Assembly (NCBI GenBank): GCA_028717245.1
Contig: JAQUOD010000006.1
Span: forward strand, 1 to 51,745
DNA from: Candidatus Omnitrophota bacterium
GTDB taxonomy: Bacteria; Omnitrophota; Gorgyraeia; Gygaellales; Profunditerraquicolaceae
DNA length: 51,745 bases
Direction: 5' to 3'
Shown in pieces: positions 8,590-17,897 of this stretch (within the stretch, counting starts at the first letter, position 1; each line of letters opens with the position of its first letter). The notes beneath the pieces were generated by a model, which ran no database searches, was not told where the DNA came from, and worked only from the letters and a program-made list of their open reading frames with translations. The translations under genes were made by a program, and so were the position numbers.

Positions 8590-9212
8590 TCGCGCGTATT
8601 TGCGGGAAGGTAACCGAGAAAGGCACTAATTTCCTGTTTATTGATATCAACGGCCTTACATACAAAATATTTATTCCTGTGGCAGTAATGCAAAGGTTAG
8701 AGGAGAATATTTCCGAAGACGGCAGGATCAATCTCATAACTTATCATTATTTTCAGGTGGAGCCGGCAAAGAGCACTCCTATCCTAATCGGTTTTTTGAA
8801 TGAAGTGGAAAAAGAGTTCTTTGAGGCCTTTATCACTGTTTCCGGTATCGGCCCCCGGGCAGCATTGAAGGCATTGAATAAACCCATATCGCAGGTGGCC
8901 AGGGCAATAGACGAGGCAGACATCGTTTTCCTGCAATCCCTCCCCGGGATAGGCCAGCAGAGGGCAAAGGAGATCGTGGCAAAGCTCCAGAATAAAGTAG
9001 GTAAGTTCGGTTTGATACAGGATGATAAAATAGGAGAGCAAAAAATTAAAACCAGCGATATCGAAGCAGAAGCATTGGCTGTGCTGGCGCAGTTAGAATA
9101 TAAAAAATCCGAAGCGCACTCTATGATAAAAAAAGCGCTGGAGAGGGATTCTCATATACAGACCACGGAAGAATTGTTGAATGAAGTTTATAAGCAGAAG
9201 AGATTGAAGTAA
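8586..9212 (+). CDS. ruvA: Holliday junction DNA helicase subunit RuvA
   Basis: MIARICGKV..., helix-hairpin-helix motifs ITVSGIGPRAALKAL and LQSLPGIGQQRAKEIV. ATGA overlap with ruvC. Confidence 0.88.
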   Translation: MIARICGKVTEKGTNFLFIDINGLTYKIFIPVAVMQRLEENISEDGRINLITYHYFQVEPAKSTPILIGFLNEVEKEFFEAFITVSGIGPRAALKALNKPISQVARAIDEADIVFLQSLPGIGQQRAKEIVAKLQNKVGKFGLIQDDKIGEQKIKTSDIEAEALAVLAQLEYKKSEAHSMIKKALERDSHIQTTEELLNEVYKQKRLK

Positions 9213-9213
9213 G

Positions 9214-9834
9214 ATGACGGAAAATAATATACAGGCAGCGATAGAGGCCCTGCTTTTTGCCAGTGAAAAGCCCCTGGCCTTAGAGCAGATCAGGGGGGCG
9301 CTGGATAATATCGGCGCGGATGAAATACGCAAAAACATAGCAGGATTGAGCAGGGGATATGAAAGAGATAACCGCGGCATACGTATTATTGAAATAGCCG
9401 GCGGTTTTCAAATGATTACCGCGCCCGTATTCGTAACTTTTCTGAAAAAACTATATAAAAAACAACGCGCGGAGAAATTATCCCTACAAGCGCTTGAGAC
9501 ATTGGCGATAGTGGCATATAAACAGCCTGTGACCAGGCTGGAAATAGAATCCATCAGGAACGTAAATGTGGATGGTATGGTCAGCGGCCTCTTGGAAAAA
9601 AACCTCATCCGCGTGGCAGGCAGAAAAAAAGCCCCCGGAAGGCCGAAGGTCTACGGGACAACGCGCCAGTTCTTAGAGCATTTTGGTTTAAAGTCTTTGG
9701 ATGAGCTGCCTAAAATAGAAGATTTTATAGCTTCGCAGTCTAAAGAAGAAAAATCTGACGCAAATAACAGGGCCGTAGCGCTTGCGGAGGCGGGGGTAAA
9801 GGAGGAGAAAGATGGGCTTAAAGAATCTGCGTGA
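9214..9834 (+). CDS. scpB: Segregation and condensation protein ScpB
   Basis: IEALLFASEKPL, GGFQMIT, LETLAIVAYKQPVTRLEIESIRNVN and PGRPKVYGTT. Confidence 0.88.
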   Translation: MTENNIQAAIEALLFASEKPLALEQIRGALDNIGADEIRKNIAGLSRGYERDNRGIRIIEIAGGFQMITAPVFVTFLKKLYKKQRAEKLSLQALETLAIVAYKQPVTRLEIESIRNVNVDGMVSGLLEKNLIRVAGRKKAPGRPKVYGTTRQFLEHFGLKSLDELPKIEDFIASQSKEEKSDANNRAVALAEAGVKEEKDGLKESA

Positions 9835-10873
9835 TGCAGTAGATGACATAGATAAAAAAATAATCCGGCTTTTGAATACGCGCGCTGAGACTACCTTAGA
9901 TATCGCCAGGCTAAAACGGGAGGGTGGTAAGAGCGTTTATTCGCCTGAGCGCGAAAGGGAGGTTTTAAAGAGAATAGCCAGCATCAATAAAGGCCCTTTG
10001 ACTTCTGATGCCCTCGAGGCGATATACCGCGAGATTATGTCTTGCAGCCTTTCCCTGGAGGGCCCTTTGAGAGTAGCTTATTTAGGGCCGCAGGCCAGTT
10101 TTACGCACTTAGCTGCTTTGAAGAGATTTGGTTCACAGGTGGAATATATCGCCTGCAATAATATTGCTGATATCTTCCTTGATGTAGAGAAAGGAAATAC
10201 GGATTACGGCGTAGTGCCTATAGAGAATTCCGTGGAAGGAGCAGTGAGCCATACCTTGGATATGTTTGTGGATTCGGAATTAAAAATCTGCAGCCAGATA
10301 ATCCTGGATGTGGCGCACTATCTGTTAGCCAACTGCCCTAAAAATAAGATTAAGCTTGTTTATTCTAACCCGCAGGTCTTTGGGCAGTGCCGTCTCTGGC
10401 TGCAGGAGAACCTGCCGGGCATAGAAGAAATCGAGGTCTCCAGCACTACCCGCGCTGCGCAGATCGCCGCAAAGGAAAAATACAGCGCCTCCATTGCTTC
10501 GTTATTAGCGGCAAAGGTTTATAAATTAAAAGTAATCGCCGCGCATATTGAAGACTCGCCGCATAATATTACGCGCTTTCTGGTCATCGGCAATAACGAT
10601 GTGCCTGCTACCGGAAGAGACCGCACGTCTATTATGTTTTCCATCAAGGATAAGATGGGTGCTTTGCATGATATGCTCATACCTTTTAAGAAAAACAGGA
10701 TTAACCTGACCAAAATCGAATCTCGCCCTTCTAAAAAGAAGGCCTGGGATTATTACTTCTTTGTGGACTTAGAAGGCCATAAAGACGACCCGCGCATAAA
10801 AAAGGCGCTTTCGGCGTTAGAGAATAAATGCAGGTTCCTGAAGGTTTTGGGTTCGTATCCTATCGGAGAATAA
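9812..10873 (+). CDS. pheA: Bifunctional chorismate mutase / prephenate dehydratase (P-protein)
   Basis: N-terminal CM_2 helix (IDKKIIRLLNTRAETTLDIARLK), PDT domain (VAYLGPQASFTH, VPIENSVEGAV) and ACT domain (ESRPSKKKAWDYYFFVDLEGH). Confidence 0.9.
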   Translation: MGLKNLRDAVDDIDKKIIRLLNTRAETTLDIARLKREGGKSVYSPEREREVLKRIASINKGPLTSDALEAIYREIMSCSLSLEGPLRVAYLGPQASFTHLAALKRFGSQVEYIACNNIADIFLDVEKGNTDYGVVPIENSVEGAVSHTLDMFVDSELKICSQIILDVAHYLLANCPKNKIKLVYSNPQVFGQCRLWLQENLPGIEEIEVSSTTRAAQIAAKEKYSASIASLLAAKVYKLKVIAAHIEDSPHNITRFLVIGNNDVPATGRDRTSIMFSIKDKMGALHDMLIPFKKNRINLTKIESRPSKKKAWDYYFFVDLEGHKDDPRIKKALSALENKCRFLKVLGSYPIGE

Positions 10874-10874
10874 A

Positions 10875-11957
10875 ATGAGTTCTTTAGTAAGAAAACACAT
10901 AGTCAACATCGTCCCCTATGAAGCCGGTAAGCCTATAGAGGAGATTAAGAGGCAACTGGGGCTTAAGCAGGTGATAAAGCTTGCTTCTAATGAGAACCCA
11001 CTGGGTCCATCCCCTAAGGCATTAGAGGCAATCAGGAAGAATTTGGCTACGCTTAACCGTTATCCTGACTCCAGTGGTTTTTACCTGAAGAATAAACTCT
11101 CTAAATTCCTCAATGTTAAACCGCAAAATTTGGTCTTAGGCAATGGCTCCGATGAGCTTATCGAGATTATCGTTAAGACCTTCGTGGAGGAGGATGAGCA
11201 TATCATCACCGCGGATTTTACCTTCCTGGAGTATAAAATTATTTCTCACGTGAAGGGCCGCATTGTCGTGACCGTGCCTTTAAAATATTTTAAATATGAC
11301 TTAGAGGCCATCAGGAAAAGAATCGACGCAAAAACCAAGGTAGTCTTTATTTCCAATCCGAATAACCCTACGGGCACATACGTTACTAAATATGAAATAG
11401 AAGATTTCCTTAGAGACCTCCCGGAGAATGTAATTTTGGTTTTGGATGAGGCGTACGATGCCTTTATAGATGTCGATGACTTCCCGGGAAGCTTAAGTTA
11501 TATAGGCAAAAATAATGTGATTCTCCTGAGGACCTTCTCTAAGACTTACGGCCTTGCGGGATTAAGGATAGGTTATGCTGTCGCCGGGCAGGAATTGATT
11601 TCTTATATGGAGACCGCCAGGCAGCCGTTTAATACAAATTCCCTGGCCCAGGCAGCGGCAATAGCGGCCCTGGAAGATAAAAAATTCCTGAGCAGAACCC
11701 GCAAAGCCGTTTTAGAAGGAAAAAACTACATCTACGATAACCTGAATAAACTGGGCGTAGCCTATGTGCCTTCTGTAGCTAATTTTATTCTTCTGGACGT
11801 CGGCAGAGACGGCAGCGCTGTTTTTAAAGAGATGCTCAGATACGGCGTCATTATCAGAGAGTTAAAACAATACGGCCTGAAAAACTTTATCCGGGTAACC
11901 ATCGGAACAAAAAAAGAAAACGAGAGGTTCATTAAAGTCTTAAAGAAAGTGTTGTAG
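10875..11957 (+). CDS. hisC: Histidinol-phosphate / aromatic aminotransferase (class II PLP)
   Basis: LASNENPLGPSP, NPNNPTG and the PLP-lysine motif FSKTYGLAGLRIGY. Its position in an aromatic amino-acid block suggests it may act on prephenate/phenylpyruvate-type substrates (inference). Confidence 0.85.
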   Translation: MSSLVRKHIVNIVPYEAGKPIEEIKRQLGLKQVIKLASNENPLGPSPKALEAIRKNLATLNRYPDSSGFYLKNKLSKFLNVKPQNLVLGNGSDELIEIIVKTFVEEDEHIITADFTFLEYKIISHVKGRIVVTVPLKYFKYDLEAIRKRIDAKTKVVFISNPNNPTGTYVTKYEIEDFLRDLPENVILVLDEAYDAFIDVDDFPGSLSYIGKNNVILLRTFSKTYGLAGLRIGYAVAGQELISYMETARQPFNTNSLAQAAAIAALEDKKFLSRTRKAVLEGKNYIYDNLNKLGVAYVPSVANFILLDVGRDGSAVFKEMLRYGVIIRELKQYGLKNFIRVTIGTKKENERFIKVLKKVL

Positions 11958-12000
11958 TTTGTTTGAATGTTTTAATGTTGAAATGTTAGAATGTTTAAAT
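11958..12000 (+). repeat. NNAATGTT octamer array (intercistronic, hisC-aroF)
   Basis: TTTGTTTGAATGTTTTAATGTTGAAATGTTAGAATGTTTAAAT, starting at the first base after the stop codon. Confidence 0.8.
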
Positions 12001-12022
12001 ATAAAATAAAGATGAGGGGAAG

Positions 12023-13039
12023 ATGATTATTGTACTAAGGCCGGATGCTACAGACGAACAGATAAATCATATTATTGAAAAAGTCCAGAAATTAGGGTTA
12101 AAGCCCCATGTCTCTAAGGGTACCGAGCGTACCATCATCGGGGTCATCGGGCCGGAAGATGTATTACGCGTCACTCCTTTGGAAGTATTCCAGGGCGTAG
12201 AAAAAGTCATAGCGGTGTTAGCGCCCTACAAGTTAGTTTCGCGGGAATTCAAGGCAGAGGATTCAGTTATTGATTTAAGCAAAGGCATAAAATTGGGCGG
12301 TAAAAAAATTGTGGTTATGGCTGGCCCCTGCACGATAGAAAATCTGGACACCTTATACGAAGTAGCCAAAGAAGTAAAAAAAGCAGGGGCAACGGTTTTG
12401 CGCGGCGGGGCATTTAAACCGCGGACTTCGCCTTACAGTTTTCAGGGGTTAGGCGAGGAAGGTTTGAAGATATTAAACAAGGTAGGCAATGAATTAGGGT
12501 TAGCTACCATAACCGAAGTAATGGATCCGCGCGACGTAGAATTAGTCGCTAAATATGCGGATGTTTTACAGATCGGCTGCCGCAATATGCAGAATTTCAA
12601 CCTGCTTAAGGAGGTAGGGCAGACGAGAAAACCGGTTTTATTAAAACGCGGCATGTCCTCTACCATTAAGGAATTGCTTATGTCTGCGGAATATATTTTG
12701 TCAGGGGGCAATTTCAACGTCATATTATGCGAACGCGGCATCAGGACATTCGAAGATTTTACGCGTAATACCCTGGATATAAGCGCAGTGCCTGCCGCGG
12801 AGCAACTTTCGCACCTGCCTATAGTTGTAGACCCCAGCCACGCTGCGGGTAAATGGGGGATGGTGCCTGCGCTTTCTAAGGCAGCAGTCGCCTCCGGCGC
12901 AGATGGCCTGATTATTGAGGTGCACAGCCATCCCGAAGATGCTGCTTCAGACGGCGCGCAATCATTGATACCGGATAATTTCGCACAACTCATGGATGAA
13001 CTGAGGGTAATTGCAAAAGCAATAGGGAGAGAGGTTTAG
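12023..13039 (+). CDS. aroF: 3-deoxy-7-phosphoheptulonate (DAHP) synthase, type I-beta, with N-terminal regulatory domain
   Basis: 338 aa. N-terminal roughly 70-aa ferredoxin-like domain, then [36 protein letters not shown] and DPSHA. Confidence 0.88.
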   Translation: MIIVLRPDATDEQINHIIEKVQKLGLKPHVSKGTERTIIGVIGPEDVLRVTPLEVFQGVEKVIAVLAPYKLVSREFKAEDSVIDLSKGIKLGGKKIVVMAGPCTIENLDTLYEVAKEVKKAGATVLRGGAFKPRTSPYSFQGLGEEGLKILNKVGNELGLATITEVMDPRDVELVAKYADVLQIGCRNMQNFNLLKEVGQTRKPVLLKRGMSSTIKELLMSAEYILSGGNFNVILCERGIRTFEDFTRNTLDISAVPAAEQLSHLPIVVDPSHAAGKWGMVPALSKAAVASGADGLIIEVHSHPEDAASDGAQSLIPDNFAQLMDELRVIAKAIGREV

Positions 13040-13080
13040 TTTTGTTTGAATGTTTAAATGTTTTAATGTTTTAATGTTAA
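13040..13080 (+). repeat. NNAATGTT octamer array (aroF-tyrA)
   Basis: TTTTGTTTGAATGTTTAAATGTTTTAATGTTTTAATGTTAA, immediately after the stop codon. Confidence 0.8.
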
Positions 13081-13101
13081 AGGTTAGGTGGTGGATAGAA
13101 G

Positions 13102-13932
13102 ATGAAATTGTTTAATAAAGTGGCGATAGTGGGGGTAGGTTTGATAGGCGGCTCTATGGCCTTGGCTATAAAAAGGAAGGGCCTGGCCCGTGAGGTGGTG
13201 GGGGTGAGCCGCCATAAGAGCACTTTATCGTTAGCCAAAAAGAACAGGGTAATAGATAGGGGTTCGCAGGGTTTAGATATTATTAAAGGCGCGGACTTAG
13301 TGATTTTAGCTACGCCGGTAAATACCATCTTAAGGCTAGCGCCGGATATTTTCCGGCTTATCCCTGCGGGCTCTATCGTTACGGATGTAGGCAGCACAAA
13401 AAAGGAGATAGCTGCCTGCTTGAGTAAGATTTTTCCTAATTATGTGGCCAGCCATCCTTTGGCCGGTTCGGAAAAACGCGGGGTGAATAACGCCTGCGCC
13501 GGTATTTTTAAAAATTCCCTCTGTATACTGACTCCTACAGGTAAAACGAACCCGAAGGCATTAAAAAAGATAGGAAGATTATGGCATGAGTTAGGGGCAA
13601 GGATAGTTTTTTTACGGCCCGATATTCACGATAAGGCCCTTGCCTTTGTCAGCCACCTGCCGCATGCTATTGCTTTTTCTTTAATCGGTGCTATACCCGG
13701 CGAATATTTAAAGTTGGGCGCAAATAGCCTAAAGGATACTACCCGCATTGCCCTTTCAGACAGCTGCCTTTGGGCGGATATCTTTTTGAGTAACAGGAAA
13801 AATATGCTGGAAGCCATAGAATCTTTTCAGGGCAGCCTCTTTAGGATAAAGTCGGCAATTCAGAAAAAAGATAGGAAAATGTTGATTAAAATCCTAAAAG
13901 AGGCAAAGAAAAAAAGAGATATCTTAAATTAG
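13102..13932 (+). CDS. tyrA: Prephenate dehydrogenase
   Basis: Rossmann motif VAIVGVGLIGGSMA, SHPLAGSEK and SHLPHAIAF. Confidence 0.85.
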   Translation: MKLFNKVAIVGVGLIGGSMALAIKRKGLAREVVGVSRHKSTLSLAKKNRVIDRGSQGLDIIKGADLVILATPVNTILRLAPDIFRLIPAGSIVTDVGSTKKEIAACLSKIFPNYVASHPLAGSEKRGVNNACAGIFKNSLCILTPTGKTNPKALKKIGRLWHELGARIVFLRPDIHDKALAFVSHLPHAIAFSLIGAIPGEYLKLGANSLKDTTRIALSDSCLWADIFLSNRKNMLEAIESFQGSLFRIKSAIQKKDRKMLIKILKEAKKKRDILN

Positions 13933-13935
13933 GAT

Positions 13936-14014
13936 TTGTGTCAATGTGTCAAGTGTCAGAGTATCAAAGATTTTACCCTGACACTATGATACCCTGACAC
14001 TATGATACTTTAAT
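13936..14014. repeat. Word array of the TGTCAA/GTATCA/GACAC family (tyrA-cmk)
   Basis: TTTGTGTCAATGTGTCAAGTGTCAGAGTATCAAAG...CCCTGACACTATGATACCCTGACACTATGATAC. Confidence 0.7.
13978..14006 (+). promoter_or_regulatory. Candidate promoter abutting the cmk ATG (leaderless-type)
   Basis: CTGACA (13978-13983), 17-nt spacer, TATGAT (14001-14006). The ATG is at 14015 and there is no Shine-Dalgarno sequence. Confidence 0.4.
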
Positions 14015-14665
14015 ATGATTATCGCTATTGACGGCCCGGCTGGCGCAGGCAAAAGCACTGTCGCCAGATTAATAGCCCAGAAACTGGGCTTTCTTTATAT
14101 CGATACCGGAGCGATGTACCGGGCATTGACCTTAAAAGCCCTGAAGGAAAAAATAAAAATAGAAAATACCGCTGGCCTTATCGAAATGGCGCATAATGCC
14201 GGCATTGATTTGATCAATAACCCGGATGGGTCTTTAAAAATATTTTTAGATAGAGAGGATGTGACCGCAGAGATCAGGCAGCCGCGTATCACCAGACTGG
14301 TTTCCGATATCGCTAAAATTAAGGAAGTAAGGCAGGTGATGCTGGGCCTGCAAAGAAAACTGGGTGAGGCGGAAAATAGCGTTTTAGACGGCCGCGATAT
14401 AGGGACCGTAGTTTTCCCGGATGCGGATAAGAAATTCTATCTAGATGCGCAATTCTCAGAGAGGGTGAAGCGGCGGCATAAAGAATTGAGAGAATCCGGG
14501 CAGGAGATTACTCCTGAAGAAGTAGACGCTGACCTGCGTAACCGCGATACCATTGATTCTACCCGGGAATTCGCGCCCCTGAAAAAAGCAGATGATGCAA
14601 TTTATATAGATACTACCAATTTGACTATAGAGGAAGTAGTAAATAAAATCTCTAGCTATATATAG
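14015..14665 (+). CDS. cmk: Cytidylate kinase
   Basis: IAIDGPAGAGKST P-loop, YIDTGAMYRA and DGRDIGTVVFPDA. Confidence 0.92.
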   Translation: MIIAIDGPAGAGKSTVARLIAQKLGFLYIDTGAMYRALTLKALKEKIKIENTAGLIEMAHNAGIDLINNPDGSLKIFLDREDVTAEIRQPRITRLVSDIAKIKEVRQVMLGLQRKLGEAENSVLDGRDIGTVVFPDADKKFYLDAQFSERVKRRHKELRESGQEITPEEVDADLRNRDTIDSTREFAPLKKADDAIYIDTTNLTIEEVVNKISSYI

Positions 14666-14804
14666 CACCAGGTGCAAATCCAATCGGGCACCTGGTGCGG
14701 AATTGAGATTGTACCTGTCCCGTTTTAATCGGATATAATTAAGGGACAGGTACAAGATCGGATTTAGAAACGGTAGGAGATTAGCTTTGCACCAGGTGCG
14801 AAAT
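14665..14804. repeat. GCACCWGGTGC / GTACCTGTCCC palindromic element (complete, both arms)
   Basis: Contains an 11-bp perfect hairpin GTACCTGTCCC-21 nt-GGGACAGGTAC (14711-14753), flanked by GCACCAGGTGC palindromes. Related copies lie at 35410-35540 and 41514-41576. Confidence 0.75.
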
Positions 14805-14816
14805 ACGAAATATTAG

Positions 14817-16613
14817 ATGGATAAATCCTTAATTCGTAATTTTTCAATCATCGCCCATATCGACCACGGCAAATCCACCCTGGCCGACAGGATACTGGAG
14901 ATAACCGGCGCAGTGGATAAGAAGCACAGCCGCGACCAGTTACTTGATGATATGGATTTAGAGAGGGAAAGGGGTATAACTATTAAGGCCTCCATGGTGA
15001 GGTTGTCCTATCGCGCCAAAGACGGTAAAGACTACGCCTTAAATCTAATTGATACCCCGGGCCACGTTGATTTTACCTATGAAGTCTCTAAGTCCCTCGC
15101 TGCCTGCGAGGGAGCACTCTTGGTGGTAGATGCCGGCCAGGGCATAGAGGCCCAGACCGTGGCTAATTATCATTTAGCCAAAGATAATAAATTAAAAATT
15201 ATACCGGTGATAAATAAAATTGATTTATCTCAGGTAGATATCCCGCGCACCAAAAATCAGATTACCGGCATCCTGGGTTTTCAGGAAGAAGAAATAATCC
15301 TGGCTTCTGCCAAGGAAGGCACCGGTGTTAGAGAAATACTGGAGAGGATTGTGGAAGCCGTTCCTGCGCCTTCCGGAGAAGACACGCATCCTTTAAGGGC
15401 GCTCGTCTTTGACTGCCGTTTTGATATATTCAAGGGCGTAGTGGTCTTTGTCAGGATTATGGACGGTAAAATCGATCCGCATACGCAGTTAAAAATGATG
15501 CATTCAGGCAAGACCTATAAAATAGAGGAGTTGGGGGTATTTAAAAATTTAAAATATTTTGCCGTAGAAGGCTTGTCCTGCGGCGAAGTAGGTTATCTGA
15601 CCGCGAATATCCGCGACCCCCGTGAGATTATTATCGGAGATACTTTGACTGACGCAAAGAACCCTTGCCAGGAGGCCTTACCCGGATACCGTACCTTAAA
15701 ACCATTGGTATTCTGCGGTATATATCCTGTCAACCCGGGAGATTTTCCGAATTTACGCGACGCGATGGATAAACTGAAACTCTCTGACGCCTCATTTGTG
15801 TTTGAGCCGGAAAACAGCCAGTCTTTTGGTTCGGGTTTTCGCTGCGGTTTCCTGGGGCTTTTGCATATGGAGATAGTGCAGGAGCGTTTAGAAAGGGAAT
15901 ATGATTTAAACCTGATATTGACCGTGCCCAATGTCGTCTATAGGGTAAGAAAAAGAGACGGTGAGATTCTGGACGTAGATACGCCGGCAAAATTTCCTGC
16001 CCCGCAGGATATACAGGAATCTCAGGAGCCTTATGTCAGCCTGTTGATGATTATCCCCGTAGACACCATTGACCCGGTATGCGAAATGACTAAGGCCAGG
16101 AGGGGGACTTTTAAATCCAGCGAATATCTGGGCGTAGATAGAGTGAAATTGGTTTTTGAGATCCCGCTTTCTGAGATTATCGTAGATTTTTATGACCGGA
16201 TGAAATCCCTTACTAAAGGGTATGGTTCGCTGGATTATGAATTTAAAGGTTATCTCCCGGCCAATATGGTAAAATTGGACATCATGTTTAACGGCGTAAC
16301 CTGCGATGCCTTCTCTTGCCTGATACATAAAGATAAGGCAGCGCATAAGGCGCATGCGTTGGTATCCAGGCTCAAGGAGTTGATACCGCGGCAATTATTC
16401 GAGGTGGCGATACAGGCAAAGATAGGCGCACAGGTTATTGCCTCCGAAAGAGTGCGGAGCGTGGGCAAGCATGTGACGAGTAAATGCTACGGCGGCGATA
16501 TTACGCGTAAGCGTAAACTCTGGGAGGGGCAGAAGGAAGGCAAGAAACGGCTGAAACAGTTTGGGAAAGTAGAAATTCCGCAGGAAGCCTTCTTAGAAGT
16601 CTTGAGAATATAG
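14817..16613 (+). CDS. lepA: Translation elongation factor 4 (LepA)
   Basis: IRNFSIIAHIDHGKSTLADR, DTPGHVDF, NKID and the LepA C-terminal domain (KCYGGDITRKRKLWEGQKEGKKRLKQFG). Confidence 0.95.
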   Translation: MDKSLIRNFSIIAHIDHGKSTLADRILEITGAVDKKHSRDQLLDDMDLERERGITIKASMVRLSYRAKDGKDYALNLIDTPGHVDFTYEVSKSLAACEGALLVVDAGQGIEAQTVANYHLAKDNKLKIIPVINKIDLSQVDIPRTKNQITGILGFQEEEIILASAKEGTGVREILERIVEAVPAPSGEDTHPLRALVFDCRFDIFKGVVVFVRIMDGKIDPHTQLKMMHSGKTYKIEELGVFKNLKYFAVEGLSCGEVGYLTANIRDPREIIIGDTLTDAKNPCQEALPGYRTLKPLVFCGIYPVNPGDFPNLRDAMDKLKLSDASFVFEPENSQSFGSGFRCGFLGLLHMEIVQERLEREYDLNLILTVPNVVYRVRKRDGEILDVDTPAKFPAPQDIQESQEPYVSLLMIIPVDTIDPVCEMTKARRGTFKSSEYLGVDRVKLVFEIPLSEIIVDFYDRMKSLTKGYGSLDYEFKGYLPANMVKLDIMFNGVTCDAFSCLIHKDKAAHKAHALVSRLKELIPRQLFEVAIQAKIGAQVIASERVRSVGKHVTSKCYGGDITRKRKLWEGQKEGKKRLKQFGKVEIPQEAFLEVLRI

Positions 16614-16680
16614 TTTGAATGTTTGAATGTTAAAATATTTGAAAGTTTAAATGTTTAAAAATTTAAAAGTTAAACATAAT
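16614..16680 (+). repeat. NNAATGTT-type array (lepA-lepB), running into the first lepB codons
   Basis: TTTGAATGTTTGAATGTTAAAATATTTGAAAGTTTAAATGTTTAAAAATTTAAAAGTTAAAC. Confidence 0.7.
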
Positions 16681-17244
16681 AAAAAATCAGTAATTCGGGA
16701 ATGGGTAGAGTCAATTGTTGTGGCTTTTATCCTGGCAATGTTTATCCGCACCTTTGTAATACAGGCCTTCAAGATCCCCACGGGTTCTATGCGGCCTACG
16801 CTTTTGGAGGGAGACCTGATTTTAGTAAATAAATTTATCTATGGCGCAAAGGTGCCCCTTAGCAACTGGAATCTGCCTGGCCTTAGGCAGCCCTTGAGGG
16901 GGGATGTCATTGTTTTTATTTACCCCGAGAACCCCAAAAAAGATTTTATCAAAAGGTTAATCGGCCTGCCGGGTGATACAGTAGAGATTAAAGGCGGCAC
17001 GATATATGTCAACGAAGCCCCCTTGCTTGAGCCTGTTTTTAACCAGAGATATTATTATAACCGCGGAGAATTTGCCAAGGAAGGCCAGAAGATTAAAGTC
17101 CCGTCAGATAGTTTTTTTGTCCTGGGCGATAATTCCGCCTCTTCGCAGGATAGCCGCTACTGGGGGTTCGTGCCGTATAAAAATGTATTAGGTAAGGCCA
17201 TAGTCATCTATTGGCCGCCGCAACGCATTCGTATTATAAAGTGA
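16651..17244 (+). CDS. lepB: Signal peptidase I
   Basis: S26 motifs IPTGSMRPTL, FIKRLIGLPGD and GDNSASSQDSRYWGFV. Confidence 0.9.
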   Translation: MFKNLKVKHNKKSVIREWVESIVVAFILAMFIRTFVIQAFKIPTGSMRPTLLEGDLILVNKFIYGAKVPLSNWNLPGLRQPLRGDVIVFIYPENPKKDFIKRLIGLPGDTVEIKGGTIYVNEAPLLEPVFNQRYYYNRGEFAKEGQKIKVPSDSFFVLGDNSASSQDSRYWGFVPYKNVLGKAIVIYWPPQRIRIIK

Positions 17245-17249
17245 TAAGG

Positions 17250-17310
17250 CGTATCAAAGTATCAAGGTATCAATGTGTCAAAGAAAAAACTTTGATACTT
17301 TGACACAAAC
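17250..17310. repeat. Word palindrome of the TGTCAA/GTATCA family (lepB-pgsA)
   Basis: CGTATCAAAGTATCAAGGTATCAATGTGTCAAAG-AAAAAA-CTTTGATACTTTGACACAAAC. GTGTCAAAG pairs with CTTTGATAC (9 bp, including one G-U). Confidence 0.7.
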
Positions 17311-17333
17311 TATTCGTTTAACGTTAGACAAAT

Positions 17334-17897
17334 ATGAATTTCGCCAATAAAGTTTCTACTTTCAGGATTTTAACCGTGCCTTTTTTTGTCGCTACCTTAA
17401 TCTATTATTCTCCTGAGAGGAACTATTTGAGGTTCGTAGCTTTGGTTATTTTCGGCCTCGGGGTTATTTCGGATGCGGTTGACGGCTATATTGCCAGAAA
17501 ATCTAAGCAATACTCCAAGGCAGGGCTGGTCTTAGACCCGCTGGGGGATAAATTGCTCTTGATGAGCGCTTTTATCTGCCTTACCTTTATGAGCGGGTTT
17601 CCTTTACATTTTCCCCTCTGGGTTACTTTAATTGTAATCAGCCGAGACTTGATTATACTTTTAGGGGCCTTGATAATTTATATCGTCAGGCAGGATATGA
17701 ATATCGCTCCGACCAGATGGGGTAAACTTACCACTACCTTCCAGATGCTCTCGGTGATGGGAGTGCTTTTACAGTTACGCATTTCAGTAATCCTGTGGTG
17801 GTTGGCAGTATTTTTTACCATTATCTCAGGGGTAGATTACGTAAGAAGGGGGTCAAGGACGCTCTATGCTTTGGATAATTCCCGGAATCCTCGTTAG
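17334..17897 (+). CDS. CDP-alcohol phosphatidyltransferase family protein (PgsA-like)
   Basis: Signature DAVDGYIARK...GLVLDPLGDKLL, i.e. D(x2)DG(x2)AR...G(x3)D(x3)D; multiple TM helices. Confidence 0.85.
   Translation: MNFANKVSTFRILTVPFFVATLIYYSPERNYLRFVALVIFGLGVISDAVDGYIARKSKQYSKAGLVLDPLGDKLLLMSAFICLTFMSGFPLHFPLWVTLIVISRDLIILLGALIIYIVRQDMNIAPTRWGKLTTTFQMLSVMGVLLQLRISVILWWLAVFFTIISGVDYVRRGSRTLYALDNSRNPR

Noticed and set aside
8586-9834. Missing ruvB after ruvC-ruvA as an anomaly
   Set aside because: ruvB is frequently unlinked. Absence from a 52-kb window says nothing about the genome.
17006-17191. 61-aa + strand ORF inside lepB
   Set aside because: It is an alternative frame of a gene with clear S26 peptidase motifs and has no independent support.
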